From: Lingula anatina
Lineage: Eukaryota > Animalia > Brachiopoda
Reading direction: 5' to 3'
Assembly (NCBI GenBank): GCA_051362555.1
Contig: CM120640.1
Span: forward strand, 64,272,788-64,336,787
Length of the DNA stretch: 64,000 nt
The notes under the pieces were generated by a model. It worked only from the letters and a program-made list of their open reading frames with translations. It ran no database searches and had not been told where the DNA came from. Positions 34,801 to 46,683 of the stretch are shown here, in pieces (position 1 is the stretch's first letter; the number at the start of each line of letters is the position of its first letter). The position numbers and the translations under genes were made by a program.

Positions 34801-37800
34801 TCTATGATCCTAAATGAACACAAATCCTTGATGCACTTTATATCTTAATTCTTAAATGAACAAAAATCCTTGATGCACTATATATCTTAATGGACTTCCC
34901 AAGATTATAATAAAAGAATTTGACAAAACTTGCAGTTTTGCATCTTAAAAGTATATCAACCTACATCTGATTTCATAATCTTTAAGCAGTCCTCCAGTGG
35001 CCGAGGTGGCTCTTTTATCTTTATTTCTGGCAAAGGTTCAAAGTTACTTGTAAAATCTGTCTGTGTTTCTTTTTCTTCTGTTTCATCTTCAGAGCTACTT
35101 TCTCCAAGAGTAAAATCTATATGATCACCTGTTCCTTCAGACATTGTGATCTCTGTAAATAATAAATTATGTTTGTTTCAAACTTGATCTTAAGCAAATA
35201 TATATTTAAGACTTACAATATCTTAAAGATTCTGAACACTTGGTTACTTATAAGTGGCACTTATTTTCTAATATGAAGACCTATTTTTTCTCTATACTTG
35301 CTCACAAATTACAGTAACATCTAATCATTATTGATCACTGTACACACCTTTTTTAATTTTGTCATCCTTCACTGGAGTTAACACCTGTATGGGTTCTTGC
35401 AATATCTCATTCTTTCTATTTTCATTACATCTGCTTTCTTCCTGTTCTTTTTTCACACAGTTTTTTGGATCAATGTCAGTGTCGAAAAAGATATACTTGA
35501 ATGCGAGAATGATAGCTAGGCCAAGTGTTACAGCATAATCAACATTTGCCGTAAACATTCTGCAAAAGAAATAAATATAATATTTATGTGGAAACAAAAT
35601 GTTCAAGAGCATTTTAAGATAAATATCAAACCCTAAATGGTGTGTGCATTCTATCAAAATATGACATTTAAGCAGCAGGTACAAAAATGTCATGAAACTC
35701 ACTTAAGATATTAAGCAAAGCTTATTTAACACTAGGTCACCATTTAAATGTCGTCTTTATAACCTTGTTATCTTTTATTATTGTCTTTCCAGTCTCTTAA
35801 AACATTCTTTAAAAGCACTGTCTTCAATTCTACTTACTTCATAATGTAAAACTGCAACAACGAAGCTTCTGGCTGTATTCTCCTTGGCAGGTCAGTCAGA
35901 GTTGGGTCAAAACTGACCACTTCCCTAGTAGCGACATTGGGGTCAGCTGTAATACGGCTGTGGGTGTGGACAATAACGAGACCTGCAGACATGATCAACT
36001 TTACTCTCTGAGCCACTGGGTTGGGTTTCTTTTCTTCCTCCTCCCTCAGAACTTTAACAAACTGCTGGTGAAGGTGCCACATTGGAGTGTGCCCACTACG
36101 TCCTCTAGACAACTGAAATAACATGTTACAAATATTATCACAAGGACATGGTTTAGAAAACAATCACAATCTTGATAATTTTTTCCACTGCTCATTTTTT
36201 AAATCAAGCTGTTTTAAAACAACGAATTTTTGATATATTTATGTCAAATAAAAGGATCCAAGCATTATTCAACTTATTTACCTCCACATGTGTCAGATAT
36301 TTTGACAACACATAAGTTCACTATTTAACCAATACAATAAGGAAACATGTCACAAATAAGAAAATCACCTTCAAACAAATTACAATATTTCCACCAATCC
36401 CTAAATATCTTCCCCAAATAGAATCAATTACCTCTAAAACAAGTGCCAGGCATGCAGGGTAGAAGCTCATGAAAGCCAGGTAATTGGCTATTACTGACAG
36501 GCAGCCAAAGCAACACATGGTCTCCAGCCTCTTGACTCCTGACAGTGTGCCCACTCCTATCACCAAGGTCTCCACCATAGCATCCAAGGTAAGTGTTGGT
36601 CCCAGTAAAGCCATGCCCTCGGCTATGTTCTTGCATACTTCATCCTGAAAATAAAAATTCAGAAATAATTGTAATTATGGGAATGGAATCTATTACCGCT
36701 GGAAATCCGAGCAATTCAGTCTATCAAACATTTTAAAAAAGAACTCAAAACATGCCTTTTTAGGAAATATTTTGATTAACTCTTAATTGGTTTTATAAAT
36801 CTTGTATTAATTGCATTTAATTGTATGGAATAACGGTTGTTTTACCTAGATTTTATTTATGATATTTTATGTAGTATTATTTATGATATTTTATGTAAAG
36901 TCTACTGAACATTTTAAATGGATTTTAGACTTAAAATAAATTTATAATTATTATTATTATTATTATTAAATATGCTGGCTTGTGTGGTCATGCTGGGGTG
37001 TTGTACATCATGATCTCTCTAACTTGGAAAATAACCTTAAGCTTGCTTCTATTCTGATCCAAGTTGTACAAGTTCTATTTCACCCAACTGTTTTGTATAG
37101 CCCTAACCTGTCTAAATTTTAGTCTTGTCAAGACTATCTATAATCATGCACCATAAAATTCATCTATCAAAGGCAGGCAGTGGTTAAGGAGCTGTTTAAA
37201 AAGAAATAGCTTATGCTTATATATCTCTCAACCTTTAAAATTTTTAAATGAACATTTTCATTTTGTTGGCTTTTATGAACTTGGATAATTCAATACTCTT
37301 ATACTTTCATATGCAAATAAATTTGACCCAACACTGTAACCTGATCAAACAACCCAAAAAAAGCAGTATACCTAGGATACATTTCAATGAGACTGCGTCA
37401 ACAGAAAGGCCTGAACCAAAGATCTAGAAGCATCATCCATACAAATGTGTAAAAAAAAATTAACAAAAGTGCATTAATGAAAGGCATTAATCAAATGCAA
37501 TTCTTATTAAAGAATGCCTGCAGGTAGTCACAACAACACAAATGCCTCAGCAACGACCTCGTAAGGTAATATCACCTGATCATGCTGTGCCCTTTCCACT
37601 ATCATCCCACACTTACTGCACTTGATAACTTCAGCATTATGCCAAAATGTTCAAGGTTATGCCAGCAAAGTTTCAAGTGTTCAACAAGCACAAGTCTTGA
37701 TCATCAATAAGACCCAATAAAGTCGCATCTACCCCTCAGTAAGTGTCTCCAAATTTGTGTAAAAAACTACCAACCTCCAGGCCTAGTATTTCAAAGATCA

Positions 37801-39705
37801 TAATGTGTTTCATACAATTTTGAGACTAATGCTGCAGTTCCATTTTAAGATGTTTGCAAGCCCATGCAAATTCAAGAATCTTGCAAGGGGTTTGCAAAAC
37901 AAATATAATTTTCCCCCAGAAAAAAAAGAATTTTATCATTGCTCAACCCCTCCTTGCAACCTTATCAAATGGTTTGTACTATTTTTATAAATTAATGATG
38001 TACTGCAGAATTTTGTATTACAGTAACAAATATACAATTTTATTCTTTTTAAGGTTTTTAAGCTTTAAATTGGAAAAGAAAAGAAACTTTGCAGGAAAAA
38101 ATACTTTGTGATGCCTTAAATCAATCATGTACATGATACCTTTAAAATCACATGAAAATCTTAGAAAGTGACACGTGATTTAAAAATGTCAAAATATGCA
38201 TGGCGATTTTAATTAGAAAAACAATTCATTAAAATACTTCTGTGACAATACTCTGAACATTAAAATAAATACAAATGTCAAAAACCTTGAAAAGTGTTGA
38301 TACTCCTCAAAGTCACTCTTCAGTTATTTGTCTTTACCTCTCTGAATAAGGCCATATAGTTTCATGAAAAATATCTTACCTGGTTCTTTGAGCTAAGTGC
38401 AAACCTTGCCAGGGCACTGGCCTTTGACAGATCCACCAAAAGAAGAAAAAATGGGAGTGCCTCACTGAAATACAATTGTACAGAACAACTTATCCACACC
38501 GAAGTTTCCACCAAACAAATGCAGTCCAGATTAATTTTGAAATTAATCCCCCCCCCCCCCCAAAAAAAAAGAAGCTATTTACACACACATCTTACATGAA
38601 ACAATTAGACTCGATTTCTCAAATACCAGTATATGCTATATGCTTAAAAATGCACTGATTACAAATGTGCCAAAACTCTTACTTGAGACCAGTCAAATCA
38701 TTCTCCAACAAGTTCACAACAGCACTGCTGAACACAAAGCTTGAAAATATAGTAAAAACCCCAGCTATGCCTGAAATGGCAAATAAAGATAATTCATCTA
38801 TACTAGCACTTTCCTTATAATAGATATCTGTTCTGCTTGGACACAAATCCCCAATAAAGATACATAAAAATATTAAAGCCTGTGAATCAGACCATAATTT
38901 TAAAAAAAAACGTATGTTTGCAGATGTTACATCATCATGGTCTGCAGCCAGAAAGTGACCTTTATTTAGACCACAAATCAATAATGCTTCAATAAGATAA
39001 ACAACTTCCCTATTGTACTTGGATTTTCAATAGATAGTTTGAAAGTAAGTTGTTTCATAACAAGGCCAAGATCTATGGCAAGAAGGAGCTGCATTTCAAT
39101 ATTATGGTATTATAAAAATACTGCAATTCAAATAATTACTAGTAATGCAATTTAAGAAGTTATATTAGAAACATTTACAAAAACTTTTCTTGATCAATGA
39201 ATATTACAGTATAAGATTAAGAAATTTAAGGTATACCCATTTTATGTCCTATAACATACCTAAAAGATATTTTGAACCTAATTTTCGGAGATTTCGAAAT
39301 TGCAAATAAATATACATCACAGCAAGGCAGCGTGTTATGGCTAGGATCAAAATGTCTGAGCTGTAAAATTCCTCCTGGAAAAAAATAAATAAATTTTGAT
39401 AAACCTATCCCCTTTGTAAGTAGAATATCTGAAGCTTTCAGACACCTGCATAAAAGAATGTCTATGCTTAAATAGTCAAAGATAGCAATAAGCACTGTGC
39501 ATTACCTAGATCACTGAAATCAGGATCAAACCATCTTACAAACCTCTTCCTTTGGACAAATATAATTCCATCCACATATTTTATCATTTCCGGTTAATAA
39601 ACTCATAGAGAACAGGCAAACTGTCACTGTAATTGTGCCTATGATCACTTCCCATGGATGCGAGGCACACATGTAACCATAGCGGCGAAATACTGAAGTT
39701 AACAT
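28834..39705 (-). CDS. HMGCR: HMG-CoA reductase, 17 coding exons (39705-39544, 39374-39260, 38770-38683, 38464-38380, 36644-36432, 36112-35838, 35559-35348, 35152-34965, 34763-34648, 34526-34448, 34201-34043, 33671-33517, 33228-33123, 32830-32724, 29934-29571, 29396-29245, 28924-28834)
   Basis: ASHPWEV, sterol-sensing [43 protein letters not shown] and HLTHNRS; GT-AG junctions. Probable non-coding exon ends at 40158. Confidence 0.96.
29974..32291 (-). mobile_element. Non-autonomous Helentron (HINE/DINE-1-like), family 1, with ~8 x 146-bp tandem repeats
   Basis: Sub-TIR ATTGTACCACCAGC at both ends, 5' hairpin, (CCGCCGGCT)n microsatellite, 3' stem-loop GAGGCG..CGCCTC and CTAG end; lies in an HMGCR intron. 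Confidence 0.85.
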
Positions 39706-40414
39706 CTTTGGGCCGCTCACTAGTTGGGATTTCAGCAGCTGAAAAATAAAACATACACCTATTTAAAAAAAAAAAGACATCCTCAGATATAACCAATCAC
39801 CCATCAATTGTAGTTAAAACAAGAAACGTATTCCAATTTTGACCAAATTCAACAGTTCAAAAAAGTGGGAACAAATCAAGGCAAGCATTAATTTTTCTTA
39901 ATAAATATTTTCACAAATTGATGAAAAAATATTTAATCTAATTTCACCAATGTTGCTTCTTTTTGTTGTTGTTGAAAGTATTTTACACTGATCTCCTTGA
40001 ATTCTCTTGTTGTTGTTCCATTTTCAACACTTCTTGGGAATTAAAATTTAAAAAATGTTTAAGCTACAATTAACTTTTACTTTAAAATAACAGATGCTTT
40101 ACTATAATTTGACAAAAACAATGTAAATAGCGACTATACAACTTTTCTGTAAATTACCTTTGGATCTGTATAACAATCCGTCTGAGAGAAAAACATTTTG
40201 AAATTCAAAACGCGCAAAATTTCTTGCAAACCTCAAAATATGTGCTTGACAAATAAAATCCCTTATAAAATATCGATATGTGGTCTAACACCTAGGAATC
40301 GCAAAACGAAGTCTGCTTTTGTGTTGCATTCGGTAAGCGACTGAAACTACTTGGGATAATTCAGGAATCACTGAAAACACCCATGGTTGTTCCCAATGTT
40401 TGCTTTTCTAATAT

Positions 40415-40514
40415 ATTGGCTGAGAACAGGTCGGAGACTTGGTGGTGTGATTGTCAGACCACCTTTTCATTCATGCCTCGCAACCAATCAAAACCTCCAC
40501 TCAATGTGCACGTG
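40415..40514 (-). promoter_or_regulatory. HMGCR proximal promoter: SRE flanked by CCAAT boxes, plus an E-box
   Basis: ATCACACCAC (minus strand, 40442-40451) matches the SRE consensus ATCACNCCAC; CCAAT at 40415 (minus) and 40484 (plus); CACGTG at 40509. Confidence 0.65.
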
Positions 40515-41244
40515 AACACTAGAAAGCCGAATTTGTACACACCGAGCCTGTGAGGAGAATTTATTCCATTGCAAGCGAAGGCCTTCTCACAGTACGGTGA
40601 CGAAGGAAAACTTGAAAAGGGCACTTAAAGGCTATGAGCAGTTACTCTGGTATCGAATAATGATGAACCGTCTCGTCGAATACACCAAAATATTTCATCA
40701 CCAAGAAGCCACTTACGTGACAGAAATACAAACAAGACACCAAGACAGGCCGAATGTAGCGCGTGTGAAAACGAGTTTTACACAACTGATTTACATAATA
40801 GTTGTTAGCCGTTCAATATTCCTTATTTTATTCAATATTACTTATTTTATTCAATATTCCTTATTCCATCAGGACTTTATTAATTTATATATACTTTCAC
40901 TTTAAGATATGCTTTACTTACGCTAAGATTCCCATTTTCGTAATCAATTTTTCAGCTGATCAAGTCAGCGACGTTAGTTCATATAAGATCTGACTGTTTT
41001 TTATAAATTATTGGCGTGTAGTTGATAAAGAACTTACCGTTTATCTTGTCAATATCAGTATACGTCACAAAACATATATAAATGTTATAATCATATTTGG
41101 AATATCCCCTGTATGACCTTCCTATGTAACCATCACGTCGGTATTTTTATGTTTATGACGTCATCTTCCCCTTTACCACATAGCATCGGTGTTGTGCAGC
41201 TACCTTTTCTACATCACATGACTTTGAGTGTTCCTGCTACAGAA

Positions 41245-44200
41245 ATGGGTCGAACGTTGATTTTAGTTTCTTTTATTTGTGTGCTCGCTTGTAATATATA
41301 TGGCGACAGTACAGAAGCAACACGAAAGGTAATATATTTTTATGGACCTTTGCCTTTCAAGCTCGTTTTATTCGAACTGATTATTTAAATGATTGTTTTT
41401 CTTTTTATCAAGAGCTTATAAAATACATGTACTGTATGTAGGTTTTACCTCCAATATTTCTGTGACTGTCAGTCACCATCATCAGGAGTAAATGACTACG
41501 GTCATTTCACCTGGAATGAAAATCCAGGTCAATTGTCCCTAATCACTGGCCTTGTGTTATAACTGTTACATCTTCCCCCCGGGGCTCCTCTGCATCCCTC
41601 TGAAGCACCGTGAGGTAGATAGCTGGTAAATCATACCTCCCCTGTCTGTTCAGGTCTGGTTGTTTGGTCCTGATGTGTACAGCTTCTGCTATTTTTCTTT
41701 GGAATGTCCAGTTTTCCCTGTCTATTACTTTCAGGCTGTCAAAATCAATGTGGTGACCTGGATGTTTGCAGGTATGTTCTCCAAGGGCTGATTTCCAGTT
41801 GTTTTTGGCCACTGAGTCTTTGTGTTCTTTCATTCTTGTGGCTAATGGTCTTCCTGTCTTGCCAATGTATTCTCCTTGGCAGGTTCCACATTTGACCGAA
41901 TAAATCACCCCACATTGCTCTCCTTGGGTTAGAGGATCCTTGGGTTTTACTAGTGCTTGTCTCAGCGTCCAACCTGGCTTATGGTAGAGTTTGATGTTAT
42001 ATTTCTTGTAAATTTCTTTATAAGCTCTTGATAAAAAGAAAAACAATCATTTAAATTTATACATACAGAGCTAATGAAACTCTTCTCTCACAAACTGATT
42101 ATGTTTAAACAGCCAGAAATACCGACTCTCCTAACAGCAATGTTAACAGTAATACTAGTATGCTGTAGCGCTGGGGATTATGATGTTTAAGCTAAAACTT
42201 TCAAAAGTTAGAACACAGAGCAGTTAAGCCCATTCTTGGATAGTGTGAATTAGTCATGTTTGATATATAAACAGTAATTAAATCTCTGACCAATTCAACT
42301 GGTTGAGGAATGCATGGGAAGGTGTGTGAGAGGCGGAGAGGTGGTCCGCCATATTTGGGCCTAGCTAGCACTCAGCTGTTATCATTCTGAATGGCCTCGT
42401 GGATATATCAGAATGCTCTAGAGGCGCCACAGTCAAGCATGTCCTGTAGCAACACTGGCCTACCTATGACCAGCGACCTCTGAGGCGCCTCGTTTAACAA
42501 CCTTTACAAATATTTTGAAAGTATAGTACATAGTGAAAGTACAGTACATTGTGAAAGTATACTAGTAGTACATTTGTGAACTTATGTAACAAACTCCCAT
42601 GAAAATTGATCTAGGCAAAGTATGTTTTAAGTTGGCACAAAAGCGCTCAGTGGTCACAGCTTTCTGGCTAAAATGGGAGGATACATTTGCCCTAATATCT
42701 CTATTTAAAAAAAAAAACTGTGATATTTTCTTTAATTTAACAGGTAATATCAAAATTCCAAAAGTGTAACATTCTGGAAAAAAACCTTTCAGAAGATATA
42801 ACTTGTGTTTATATCTGGCACAATTTTTTTCTGATATACCTAGCACAGTAGATATGTATTTGTATTTGCTAATATCTCCTGTGGCGTGTGTACTGTGATT
42901 TTATTGAATTAATTCAGAAACACATGTTAGTACTATACCAGTTTGATAGTTTTTTCTTGTGGTAAACTAGTGTGCTATGACTGAATTACACAATACAGCA
43001 CAACACAGCACAATACACTTGAAAAAAAAAAGTCCAGTTGCAATTACACAAAAGAAACAGTCTTTCCCAACAAAGTAAGGTGATATAAAAGCAAACAATG
43101 TTACAAGAATGTATTGTTGATATAACTTAACAAATCAGCGAGACTTTTATATTGTCAGGACGGCAGCCATATTGGCAAGTGGCCCTTATTGGAAATATTA
43201 CTGGCCAAGAAGAGCCACTTGCAAACGCGGCAGCCAATCCATGTTTGCAAGTGACTCTTTTTTTTTTTTTTATTCATTAACCCATCGAAATGGCAGGTGA
43301 GTATCTTCCCTGATGTGGACACTTTTGGCCTGTTTATATCAAGTTTTAGCTTAAACATCATAATCCCCAGCGCGTAAACTTCTACATAGTAGAAGTGTAA
43401 GATGGAAACAGTTTTGTGCAAATAATTTTCATTAACATTTTTAGCACATAGATAAGCAGTTGTGTAATGCTCTAATGTTTGCTTTAATTTTGGTATTTTT
43501 ATGTTTCAGCTTTCATCAATACAGTACAATCCAGGCTGTGAGAATGATCCCATTTGTAAAAGAGTTAGTGACAGTGGCAGTGCCCCAAACTTGCTGTATG
43601 CTTATTCAGTTGGAAATGACACCTTGCACTATTTCTTCAGTACAGTTGGTGCACCAACATTTCTAGTTGCAAAGACTCCTGGTAAAAAACAAGAGTCACT
43701 GAATGTAAGCTGGACTGATTTCCTGTCGGTTAATGACACAAACGTGAAGAATTCAGTAAAGCTTCCAAATGTCAACTATGCATTTGCTGTTGTTTTTACA
43801 AAGGTAAAGATATATTAGTTACAGTAATTTATATTTTCTTTGTATGAATGGTATGTAGACTAGTGGAGCTGTATCATTTTTTTAAGATTGTTTATTTCAA
43901 ATAGTATTAGAACATTAGAGTGTATAAATTATGTAAGTGGCAATGTATTTATTGTAAAGTCTACTATTATTTACATAAGCATTAGTATGAGAATTATTTT
44001 GCTATGATGTTCCAGCATGACTGGATTTTACTCTATTCATCTTTGAAAAAATAAAACTGATTTGTACCATGTTTTTTCCCCAGCTTTATGAGTATAATGA
44101 TACAAATGATCATGCAGATTTTACTTCAATACCAAATGATGAGTGGAACTGGAATATACGAGATTTTGCCAAACAGTTTGTATGGAAAGGTCTTAACACC

Positions 44201-46040
44201 ACTGAGTTAAACAATCCTGTGACTGTGAGGACTAACTTATCAATGACAAATATTGATGAATCATACATATCTTTTGATGTAAGTAGAATAAGAAATAATA
44301 GAAAAATGGAGTTTGAAGAATGTGATATTATTGTTGTTTGTCATTTAATTAAAAAAAGCAAATAATTATAATTCAAATTGTGATTTAGATACGTGTTAAA
44401 GTGAGCTACTAGTATTAGATTTTTAAAATTATACACCCTTTGGGATATTCAGATATATTTGAATTTTGATTATCATCTGGTTTGGAAAAGCATAATCAAT
44501 AATAAGCACTGTTAAAGTCCAATTTGTGGTGGATGAACAGAATATATGTTCATGTATTTCCATTTTAGTGGAAACTTTTTGGCAATCATGACAGGAACAC
44601 AGAGGTACCTCATCTGGAGCACACCATCAATGATACTCAATTCAATTTCTTAATAAACAACTGGCCAACTTTCTGTGAAAAATCCCGCTTTGGTTTAGAA
44701 CTTGTTATGATGGGAACAGACGGAGTGAAACATATGACAAACATTGAGGAGTCAAAATCACTGGATGATGAGTACACACCAGGAGTGTTCACAGTGAGTG
44801 CATTAGGCCACCATAATAGGTAGCATTTTTAAAAAATGCATTGCTTCTGAGCAAAATTTCATCTAGCTTGGAATTTTTTAGAATTGCAGGTTTATCTTTT
44901 AAAAATTGATCAGTGGTTTCATTTTTGAATGATTTGGGCAAGGCAATTTTTTCCTAATGGAGTTTTAAAAGTAAACAATCTGCAAGTGGGTAGGATTTGT
45001 AAGTTTCTCCAATTCTTTGTCAAGTTAAGGTTTGATGAAAAAACTACATGCATGAACACAGGATAGAACCAACAAGTTAATGTATAATGCCTTCACATTT
45101 ATGTAGTTCTAAAAAGTCACCAAAATTTGCAACTGATGTGATGCTGTAAACAATGATATTTTAATGTACTTATGTAGCATTCTTATGACAGATGATTTTA
45201 ATCGCCATATTAATTAAATTTAACAAAATAACTGTTTCAGAATTTGGATACAGAATAATAAAGTGTGGTATTGAATATCTTAATTTCAGAAATTCATTTT
45301 GAAATTAACTATGTATGTTGCAGATGATCGATTGGTCCACACAGAGTAAAGTACTAGCCAGTGATACAGATGAATCAAAGCAGCTGGGAGGATATCTCCA
45401 GTGGAAACCTGTGGTGTATTTGACTGAAGAACGCAGCAGTCAGAAGCAGACACAAGCCAAGCATTATGACACAATGAAAGCAGATCATTCAGTTATCAAA
45501 AGTATGGTACCCATGAGGTCTTTGGCCATGGCCTTCTTTGGGGACCAGCTTAACACAATGACACTCAATGCTACAAATATATCTTTTGGCCTTCCAGAAG
45601 ATGGGTTCTATGCAAAATCAAATTACACAGTTTGGTAAGTGTTTACTGGCCAACTTTCAAATTTTAAAGTCTGTGATGAGTTTGGCTAGTAAAAGATGAT
45701 ATATGTACTTTCTATTAAATACTATTAAATATGTCAAGGAAACTTTCCATAATAAGCATATTGAAAAATATACACTGAGTCTGAGTTAATTGAGGTGGTT
45801 TCAGATGCCCTTAATTGCAAAAATGTTATTTATTGCAGGAGTGGCAGTATAGGATACGGCACCCCTCCTCAGGATGAAATTTCAATATTGGTTATCATAG
45901 TTATTGCTGTTGGCTTAGGAATCCCTGTTGTACTCATCATTTTCGGTGGCCTGATTGTCTGTATAAAACGTAGAAGAAGCGGAAAGGGTGAAAATATTCT
46001 AGTTAACGTTGCAGGTACACGTTATGATGCTATCAATTGA
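41245..46040 (+). CDS. GLMP: Glycosylated lysosomal membrane protein (NCU-G1 family); exons 41245-41328, 43510-43803, 44084-44278, 44569-44793, 45324-45634, 45839-46040
   Basis: Signal peptide, many NxS/T sequons, SRFGLEL, SLDDEYTPGVF, GYLQWKPV, G.GTPP.D, a TM helix and a C-terminal YDAIN tyrosine sorting motif. Confidence 0.9.
41385..42092 (-). mobile_element. 5'-truncated Penelope-like retroelement (GIY-YIG endonuclease C-terminus) in GLMP intron 1
   Basis: GVIYSVKC..C...YIGKTGR.L..RMKEH and R.IAEA.HI....LNR; 38-bp inverted repeat 41383-41420 / 42019-42056; flanking direct repeat AACTGATTAT (41375, 42093). Confidence 0.88.
41447..41490 (-). ncRNA. Degenerate minimal hammerhead ribozyme in the Penelope pseudo-LTR
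   Basis: Minus strand reads CTC-CTGATGA-TG-GTGACT gac AGTCAC-A-GAAA-TATT-GGAG; core boxes present but closing pairs imperfect. Confidence 0.55.
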
Positions 46041-46683
46041 GCCCCTGTGGAGATCACAAATTAATGCAGCTGTGCAATATATTGATGAAATCCTTTCATT
46101 TGGTTCTTGACAAAAGCAGAGCTTGCAACTCCTTTTATTGTGCTCAAATTTAATGCAGGCAAAAAAAGGAAGAAATTACCACACAAAAATAATGAATCCA
46201 AGTTATGATAATCCTACTTGGAAGTGTGTGTCATGCTGGGAATATGATATCCTTCTCATTAACCCTTCACTTTCAACATGTGCCAATAAAAATGTATTTG
46301 GATACCTTGATCTGACATTCCATATGATATTGTTGTGAATGTGAATGTACCAAAGTTAAGGTTCAGTTGTGTATTGCTGAAAATATTTTATGTGTACATT
46401 ACAAACTAAATATCAAGGACCTGAATGTCATTATTTAAAATGCTGCATTTCTATTTGTTTAGATGGTGACTGAGAACCACAGAGACTTGTAAGAAGTTAC
46501 ATGCTCATTGTCAATAATGAAGATCCACTTGCATGATACTGCATTCCTCCCCAAATTCTGTGTATGTCTAGATGATAATTCCCTAATTTACAGTCCATGC
46601 TTAAATTATTCTAACCCAATTCAATTGTTGGCACTGAAAGCCACATCAATCAGTGTGTGCTTGTTGGGTTGTGGAAAATGATT

